DNA of 64,000 bases from Macrostomum lignano (taxonomy: Eukaryota), in the NCBI GenBank assembly GCA_002269645.1, contig NIVC01000665.1, positions 62,001 to 126,000 on the forward strand, read 5' to 3'. The stretch's first letter is position 1; each line of letters starts with the position of its first letter. A program made the position numbers and the translations under genes. Of this stretch, positions 47,700 to 64,000 are shown piece by piece. The notes under the pieces are model-generated. The model searched no databases, was not told the origin of the DNA, and saw only the letters and a list, made by a program, of their open reading frames with translations.

Positions 47700-48140
47700 A
47701 ATTGGTCATAGGTAAACTATCATTCAGATTGGTCATATGTAAGCGGTCATTAAGTTTGGTCATAGGTAAACAGTCATTAAGTTTGGTCATAGGTAAACGG
47801 TCATTAAGATTGGTCATAGGTAAATGGTCATTAAGATTGGTCATAGGTAAATGGTCACTACTAATAATCATAAAATAACGGTCATTGAGATTGGTCATAG
47901 TTAAACGGTCATTAAGATTGGTCATAGGTAAATGGTCATTAAGATTGGTCATAGGTAAATTGTCACTACTAATAATCATAGAAAAACGGTCATTGAGATT
48001 GGTCATGGGTAAACGGTCATTAGGATAGGTCATAGGTAAATGGTCATTAAGATTGGTCATGGGTAAACGGTCATTAAGATAGGTCATAGGTAAATGGTCA
48101 TTAAGATTGGTCATAGGTAAACGGTCATTAAGATTTTTCA
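47700..48140. repeat. ~27-bp minisatellite upstream of the CPT1 ATG
   Basis: GGTCATAGGTAAACGGTCATTAAGATT units. Confidence 0.9.
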
Positions 48141-48620
48141 TAGGTAAACAAAATATAGGAAAGCAACAATGATGAATGTCTTGCATCACAATATTTATAT
48201 TTAACACGGTAATCCAATATATTCTCAAGCAGAGTTGATTGCATAGCAGTGCATGGAGTTGAATGATTACAGATATATTCGTACAATCTATGTACATATT
48301 TAAAGCAGGTATTTGTTACATCTCGCTAACAATAAATGAATATCGAATACCTGAAAGTCTGTTAGCTCAAAATTTCAATATTAACTGCACATGCAGCAAG
48401 AGAAGCAGACAAACTCTGATTGGAGATTATACAATTGATTTATTATAGCATTTTAAACCAATTTATCGCAGATTTGAGCAAAATGTTGATAACACATGGA
48501 ACGCAAGTTAGTTAGCATTTAGTTAACACAAAACAATGATTGCGCTTGAAAACCTACAGGCAGAACCGTTGAAAATACGTCAGCGAATGAGGTGATTGCT
48601 GCAGCGGAGCCTCGGGTGAC

Positions 48621-50390
48621 GTGTGGGTAGAGTGTGGGGTAGAGTGTGGGGTAGAGTTTTGGGTGGAGTTTGGGGCGGAGTATGGGGTGGAGTGTGGGGT
48701 GGAGTACGGGGTAGAGTGTGGGGTGGGGTATTGGGTAGAGTGTGGAGTGGAGTATGGGGTAGAGTTTTGGGTGGAGTTTGAGGCGGAGTATGGGGTGGAG
48801 TGTGGGGTGAGTACGGGGTAGAGTGTGGGGGTGGGGTATTGGGTGGAGTGTGGGGTGGAGTATGGGGTAGAATGTGGGGGTGGGGTATTGGGTGGAGTGT
48901 GGGGTGGAGTATGGGGTAGGGTGTGGGGGTGGGGTATTGGGTGGAGTGTAGGGTGGAGTATGGGGTAGAGTGTGGGGTAGAGTGTGGGGGTGGAGTATTG
49001 GGTGGATTGTGGGGTGGAGTTTGGGGTATAGTGTGGGGTAGAATGTGGGGTAGAGTGTGGGGTGGAGTGTGGGGTGGAGTATTGGGTGGAGTATTGGGTA
49101 GAGTATTGGGTGGAGTATGGGGTGGAGTGTGGGGGTGGGGTATTGGGTGGAGTGTGGGGTGGAGTATGGGGTAGAGTGTGGGGGTGGGGTATTGGGTGGA
49201 GTGTGGGGTGGAGTATGGGGTAGAGTGTGGGGGTGGAGTATTGGGTGGATTGTGGGGTGGAGTTTGGGGTATAGTGTGGGGTAGAATGTGGGGTAGAGTG
49301 TGGGGTGGAGTGTGGGGTGGAGTATTGGGTGGAGTATTGGGTGGAGTATTGGGTAGAGTATTGGGTGGAGTGTGGGGTGGAGTATTGGGTGGAGTATTGG
49401 GTGGAGTATTGGGTGGAGTATTGGGTGGAGTATTGGGTGGAGTGTGGGGTGGAGCATACGGGGTGGAGTGTGGGGGTGGAGTATTGGGTGGATTGTGGGG
49501 TGGAGTTTGGGGTATAGTGTGGGGTAGAATGTGGGGTAGAGTGTGGGGTGGAGTGTGGGGTGGAGTATTGGGTGGAGTATTGGGTGGAGTATTGGGTGGA
49601 GTATGGGGTGGAGTGTGGGGGTGGGGTATTGGGTGGAGTGTGGGGTGGAGTATGGGGTAGAGTGTGGGGGTGGGGTATTGGGTGGAGTGTGGGGTGGAGT
49701 ATGGGGTAGAGTGTGGGGGTGGAGTATTGGGTGGATTGTGGGGTGGAGTTTGGGGTATAGTGTGGGGTAGAATGTGGGGTAGAGTGTGGGGTGGAGTGTG
49801 GGGTGGAGTATTGGGTGGAGTATTGGGTGGAGTATTGGGTAGAGTATTGGGTGGAGTGTGGGGTGGAGTATTGGGTGGAGTATTGGGTGGAGTATTGGGT
49901 GGAGTATTGGGTGGAGTATTGGGTGGAGTATTGGGTGGAGTATTGGGTGGAGTGTGGGGTGGAGCATACGGGGTGGAGTGTGGGGGTGGAGTATTGGGTG
50001 GATTGTGGGGTGGAGTTTGGGGTATAGTGTGGGGTAGAATGTGGGGTAGAGTGTGGGGTGAAGTGTGGGGTGGAGTATTGGGTGGAGTATTGGGTGGAGT
50101 ATTGGGTAGAGTATTGGGTGGAGTGTGGGGTGGAGTATTGGGTGGAGTATTGGGTGGAGTATTGGGTGGAGTATTGGGTGGAGTATTGGGTGGAGTATTG
50201 GGTGGAGTGTGGGGTGGAGCATACGGGGTGGAGTGTGGGGTGGGGTGTTGGGTGGAGTGTAGGGTGGAGTATTGGGTGGAGTGTGGGTGGAGTGTGGGGT
50301 GGAGTGTGGGGTGGAGTGTGGGTTAGAGTATAAGGTGGAGTATTGGGTGGAGTGTGGGGTGGAGTGTGGGGTGGATTGTGGGGTAGGCGA
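48621..50390. repeat. G-rich 12-bp minisatellite with 486-bp higher-order repeat
   Basis: GGGTGGAGTATT / GGGGTGGAGTGT; identical peptides begin at 49178/49664 and 49305/49791 in the ORF track. Confidence 0.93.
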
Positions 50391-50895
50391 TGGGTGGGTG
50401 AGGGTGCAGGTTGGCAGGAACCGTGATTGGCCGCTAAGGCTTACAATAACAAACAAGCAGAAGTAAAGTAACGGACTGGTCCCAAGTCATAGGTGTGTGT
50501 AATTAAAATTTAACAGTTTAAACAATAAAACAAGTACAAATCCCTAAATTACAAATTGGCATTAAATAGGTCAGGATGCATTTGCAGTCTCCATGAACCA
50601 CACTCTTGCATCAAAATCTTCAAAGTTAAAGATAAATAAAAGACGGTATACTCTACATAAAAACATGGTAGGACGGAGACTCATAATTTGGAATAGAATC
50701 AGCAGATATCCGGACGTGTGCGGCCATCAGATATGGACTTTTTCCGCTAGTCAGGTCCTTATAAGCGCAGTAAAAAATCCGCATATTTCTACGATCAGTA
50801 GAGTAGTTTGAAGTGCGCAGAAAAAATGTGCATATTTCTACTACCAGTAGAGCAGTTGGATGCACATAATTTTCTGCAAACTATAATTTAAAATA

Positions 50896-59041
<8,146 letters not shown>

Positions 59042-59654
59042 TAAAATATTAACAATTGAAGTGGTTCCGCGTATGACGTATATTATCGTCAAGCGAGACT
59101 TTGATTTGCTTGCCTCTACGCTACAGATTCTTCAGCTTCTACAGAAGCAAAAAATGCTAGATTTTTACTACATTTACAAGACAAAATCTAAGCAAAATTA
59201 GTATCAAGTATATGGATTGAACAAAAACAGTAGTACACTACGAGTAAATCTAGCAACAAAGCTCCTGGCAATCGCAATACATAAAATATTCAACCACCAA
59301 CTAACTTTTAAGTTAAGCTCTTTCATCGAAATTTCGCAAAGTCAATCAATATTAAACTGATGGACAAAAGCAAATTAATACGTTTAGAAACTATGCTCTT
59401 TCGTTAGTGTATTCATATCTAAAGAGTTTTATTAAACGGTTAAAACGAATATTTTTTGTTTTAATCTTCTTAAATTTGTTGCACGGCTCGAATTTAATAT
59501 TATGTGTAGTACGTTCATCCAACGAAACTATTTATTTAGTTTTAACGCTTGCCACTGCAGCTCATTCATAATCTCTAATGAATAACTGCTATAGAGGTTT
59601 TAGATGCTTGCTAACTAACCATAAGATAAATTACAAGAGCCAAAAAACAATACA

Positions 59655-59847
59655 TCCATATACTAAAAATGTGATGTTTGTTTGTTTGTACGAAATCGAT
59701 TTTCTCCTGAATGGCTTGACCGATTTTGTTCGAATTTGCACTGTTCGATCAGAAATTTTCCTGGGACGGTACATGTATCTTGGCTAAGAAATTGCTAAAT
59801 GCTAAAGGGATTAAATATTCGAAAAACATGCTTTTTTGCAAAGGTCA
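59655..59847 (+). mobile_element. Truncated 5' end of a Helitron-like element (copy A)
   Basis: A|TCCATATACTAAAAATG...AATGGCTTGACCGATTTT; homologous to the starts at 59848 and 63316. Confidence 0.6.
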
Positions 59848-60434
59848 TCCTATATACTAAAAATGAAATGTCTGTAACTAACTAGCTATGCGATAGATTT
59901 CAGAAAAAATGGCTCAACCGATTTTCTTCAAACTTGCACCATTCGATCAGAAATGTTCCTGGGACGGTACATGTATCTTGGCTAAGAAATTGCTCAATGT
60001 TAAAGGGATTAAATATTCGAAAAACATGCTTTTTTGCAAAGGTCAAGCCAAATTTTTGACTTGAAATGCATTGTAAGAATGCTAGAGAAAAAACTGACTG
60101 GCTGAATTACGATTGTGATAAAGATTGCATCACAACAAGGTGAAAACAGTGCCACAGAAACGCACACAAGACTTCATTGAAATTGCGTAACCATATTGCT
60201 AACTTGAATTGAGACTGATACTGGCTGACTGAGAAATTGATTATGTCATAACTTTTTACTCTTACCGACTTGCTATAAGTATTGAATTATAAGGGCCACA
60301 AGTCATGTTCTCCAATTGAAAAGAGATAGCCGGATGCAAACAGACTGGAATGCTAATGTAGCGACCTTGGTTCGAATCTTAGTGGTGAAAAATGTTTTTT
60401 TTATTAAAACACGTTAAAAAACACAAAATTCTCA

Positions 60435-62690
60435 ACATTAAAGAGCCACCATGTCGAAACATTAAAGAGCCACCATTTCAAACATTAAAGAGCCACAATG
60501 TCAAACATTAAAGAGCCACCATGTCGAACATAAAAGAGCCACCATATCAAACATACAAGAGTTACCATTTCAAACCTAAAAGAGCCACCATGTCGAACAT
60601 TAAAAAGCCACCATGTCAAACATTAAAGAGCCACAATGGCAAACATTAAAGAGACACCATTTCAAACCTAAAAGAGTTACCATGTCAAACATTAAAGAGC
60701 CGCCAGGTCAAACATAAAACAGACACCATTAAGAACATTAAAGAGCCACCATGTCGAACATTAAAGAGCCACCATGTCAAACATAAAACAGCCACCATTT
60801 CGAAAATTAAAGAGCCACCATTTTAAACATTAAAGAGCCACCTTGTCAAATATTAAAGAGCCACAATGTCAAACATTAAAGAGCCACCTTATCAAACATT
60901 AAAGAGCCACCATGTCAAACATTAAAGAGCCACCATGTAAAACATTAAAGAGCCACCATGTCGAACATAAAAGAGGTACCATGTCAAACATTAAAGACCC
61001 ACCAGGTCAAACATGAAAGTGCCACCATGTCAAATATTAAAAAGCCACCATGTCAAACATTAAAGAGCCACCAGGTCAAACATGAAAGTGCCACCAGGTC
61101 AAACATATACATGACTCCATGTCAAACATTAAAGAGCCACCATGTCGAACATAAAAGGGCCACCATGTCAAATATTAAAGAGCCACCATGTCAAACATTA
61201 AAGAGCCACCAGGTCAAACATGAAAGTGCCACCATGTAAAACATTAAAGAGCCACCATGTCAAACATTAAAGAGCCACCAGGTCAAACATATACATGACT
61301 CCATGTCAAACATTAAAGAGCCACCATGTCGAACATAAAAGGGCCACCATGTCAAATATTAAAGAGCCACCATGTCAAACATTAAAGAGCCACCAGGTCA
61401 AACATGAAAGTGCCACCATGTAAAACATTAAAGAGCCACCATGTCGAACATTTAAGAAGCACCATGTCAAACATAAAATAGCCACCATGTGAAACATATA
61501 GGTGACTCCATGTAAAACATTAAAGAGCTACCATACCAGACATATACATGACTCCATGTCAAACATATACGTGACTCCATGTTAGACATTTAAGAGCCAC
61601 CATGTCGAACATTAAAGAGCCAACGTGTTAAAAATACAAGAGCCACCAGGTCAAACATATATATGACTCCATGTCAAACATTAAAGAGCCACCATGTCGA
61701 ACATAAAAGGGCCACCATGTCAAATATTAAAGAGCCACCATGTCAAACATTTAAGAGCCACCATGTCAAACATATACATGACTCTATGTCAAACGTTAAA
61801 GAGACACCATGTCAAACATTACAGAGCCACCATGTCAAACATTTAAGAGCCACCAGGTCAAACATGAAAGTGCCACCATGTAAAACATTAAAGAGCCACC
61901 ATGTCAAACATATACGTAACTCCATGTCAAACATTGAAGAGACCCCATGTCAAACATTAAAGAGCCACCACGTCGAACATAAAAGAGCCACCATGTAAAA
62001 CATATACGTAACTCCATGTCAAACATTGAAGCGACACCATGTCGAACATAAAAGAGCCACCATGTCGAACATTAAAGAGCCACCATGTCGAACATAAAAG
62101 AGCTACCATGTCAAACATTAAAGAGCCACCATGTTAAACATAAAAGAGCCATCATGTCAAACATATAAGTGACTTTATGTCGAACATTAAAGAGCCACCA
62201 TGTCTAACATTAAAGAGCCACCATGTCCAACATTAAAGAGCCACCATGTCAAAAATTAAAGAGCCACCATGTCTATCATTAAAGAGCCATCATGTCAAAC
62301 ATTAAAGAGCTACTTTGTCTAACATTAAAGAGCCACCATGTCAAACATTAAAGAGCTACTTTGTCTAACATTAAAGAGCCACCATGTCAAACATTAAAGA
62401 GCCACCATGTCAAACATAAAAGAGCCACCTTTTTGAACATTAAAAAGCCACTTTGTAAAACATAGAAGAGCCCCCATGTCAAACATAGAAGAGCCCCCAT
62501 GTCAAACATAGAAGAGCCCCCATGTCAAACATAGAAGAGCCCCCATGTCAAACATAGAAGAGCCACTATGTCAGACATTGAAAAGCCACCGTATCAAACA
62601 TAAAAGAGTTACCATGTACGAGCGTAGAACATAAAAGAGCCACCCTGTTAAACATAAAAAGATACACAATTTCAAACGTAAAAGTAAGCG
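60435..62690. repeat. ~22-bp satellite inside Helitron copy B
   Basis: TGTCAAACATTAAAGAGCCACCA, ~100 diverged copies. Confidence 0.93.
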
Positions 62691-62749
62691 AATTTTAAAG
62701 GAGCCGCTATAATGCTAAGGAAATTGTCGCACTAGCTACTTATTGTCTG

Positions 62750-63180
62750 GTGGATGCTTGCTATTTGGGGATGCTATCTATCTTGGGGATGCTTGCTATC
62801 TGGGGGATGCTTGCTATCTGGGGATGCTTGCTATCTGGGGGATGCTTGCTATCTGGGGGATGCTTGCTATCTGGGGGATGCTTGCTATCTGGGGGATGCT
62901 TGCTATCTGGGGGATGCTTGCTATCTGGGGGATGCTTGCTATCTGGGGGATGCTTGCTTTCTGGGGATGCTTGCTATCTGGGGGATGCTTGCTATCTGGG
63001 GGATGCTTGCTATCTGGGGATGCTTGCTATCTGAGGGATGCTTGCTATCTTGGGGATGCTTGCTATCTGGGGGATGCTTGCAATCTGGGGGATGTTTGCT
63101 ATCTGGGGATGCTTGCCATCTTGGGATGCTTGCTATCTAGGGGATGCTTGCTATCTGGGGGATGCTTGCAGTCTTGGGAT
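62750..63180. repeat. 18-19-bp minisatellite near the Helitron 3' end
   Basis: GGGG(G)ATGCTTGCTATCT. Confidence 0.92.
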
Positions 63181-63315
63181 GATTTCTTTTTGCAATGCAC
63201 TTCATTTGAGCAGTTTGTCTGTTGTCTTTTTGAAGGATTTTTGGCTGTCTTTTTGTTACTTTAGAAAACAGAGATTCTATCCAGATGTCCCCCATCGGGG
63301 GGCGAAGATTGCTAG

Positions 63316-64000
63316 TCCTATATACTAAAAATGAGTTGTCTGTATGTGGGTAGGTATGCGATAGATTTCAGAAAAAATGGCTCAACCGATTTTCTTCAAA
63401 CTTGCACCATTTGATCAGAAATTTTCCTGGGACGGTACATGCATTTTGGCTAAGAAATTTCTCAATTTTAAAGGGATTAAATATTCGAAAAACATGCTTT
63501 TTGCAAAGGTCAAGCAGCTCTTTCGACCTGAAATGCATTGTAAGAATGCTAGAGAAAAAACTGACTGGCTGAATTCCGATTGTGATAAAGATTGCATTAC
63601 AAGTTGAAAACAGTGCCCAAGAAATGCACACACGACTTGATTTAAATTGCGTAACCATATTGCTAACTTAAATTGAGACTGATACTGGCTGACTGAGAAA
63701 TAGATGTCTGACTTACTTTTTACTCCAAAGTATGTCTGAAGAAACTTTTTACTCCAATTGACTTGCTGTAAGAATTGAATTATAAGGGCCACAATTCATG
63801 TTCTCCAATTGAAAAGAGATAGCCCTGATGCGAACAGACTGGAATGCTAATGAAGCGACCTGGGTTCGAATCTTAGTAGTGCAAAAAGATTTTTTTTATT
63901 AAAACACCTTAAAAACACAACAAAACTGCTAAACATCAAAGAAGCGCAATGTCAAACATAGAAGAGCCAACATATCGAACATAAAAGAGTTACCATGTCA
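63316..64000 (+). mobile_element. Helitron-like element copy C (runs off the window)
   Basis: ~600 bp collinear with 59848-60430 (roughly 85-90% identical by eye), followed by the same 22-bp satellite beginning at ~63930. Confidence 0.68.

Larger units (their letters stand above)
59848..63315 (+). mobile_element. Non-autonomous Helitron-like element (copy B) carrying two minisatellite arrays
   Basis: 5' A|TC start with TCCTATATACTAAAAATG and ATGGCTCAACCGATTTTCTTCAAACTTG motifs typical of animal Helitron 5' ends; 3' GC hairpin GTCCCCC-ATC-GGGGGGC (63287-63303) 8 nt before CTAG|T (63312-63316). No Rep/helicase ORF. Confidence 0.68.

Noticed and set aside
48519-50456. 645-aa His/Pro-rich ORF and G/W-rich ORFs
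   Set aside because: Products of the 12-bp G-rich satellite.
60435-62690. ~90 perfect vertebrate Kozak sequences (GCCACCATG) in the 22-bp satellite
   Set aside because: Coincidental part of the satellite unit; the resulting ORFs are short repeats and the host is not a vertebrate.

Overview
Eukaryotic genomic DNA, not prokaryotic: GT-AG introns, no operons, no CRISPR. By inference from GC-rich exons, minisatellite-stuffed introns, the LINE/Gypsy families and a spliced-leader-like motif, it resembles the flatworm Macrostomum lignano. Four intron-containing genes were assembled by hand with consistent splice phases: dynactin subunit 3 (DCTN3, +, 3 coding exons, 178 aa); an SLC6 Na+/Cl- amino-acid-type transporter (+, 7 firm exons plus a probable distal first exon); carnitine palmitoyltransferase 1 (CPT1, -, 9 exons, 781 aa); and a SMURF C2-WW-WW-HECT E3 ligase (-, 8 exons, 694 aa). 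Most introns and intergenic gaps carry unrelated, locus-specific tandem arrays, and these generate most of the long ORFs in the ORF track, which are artefacts. Mobile elements: a MULE-like MITE with 9-bp TSD, hAT-like MITEs, a palindromic MITE family, a tRNA-derived SINE, decayed LINE and Gypsy fragments, and head-to-tail Helitron-like elements carrying satellites. Most notable observations: (1) a SMURF intron made of about 49 tandem copies of its own exon/intron donor junction; (2) CpG-free blocks in the 5' regions of the two housekeeping genes; (3) a spliced-leader-like motif inside a CPT1 intron; (4) a G-U-rich ~170-nt RNA-like hairpin in intergenic DNA; (5) a Helitron CTAG|TC junction.
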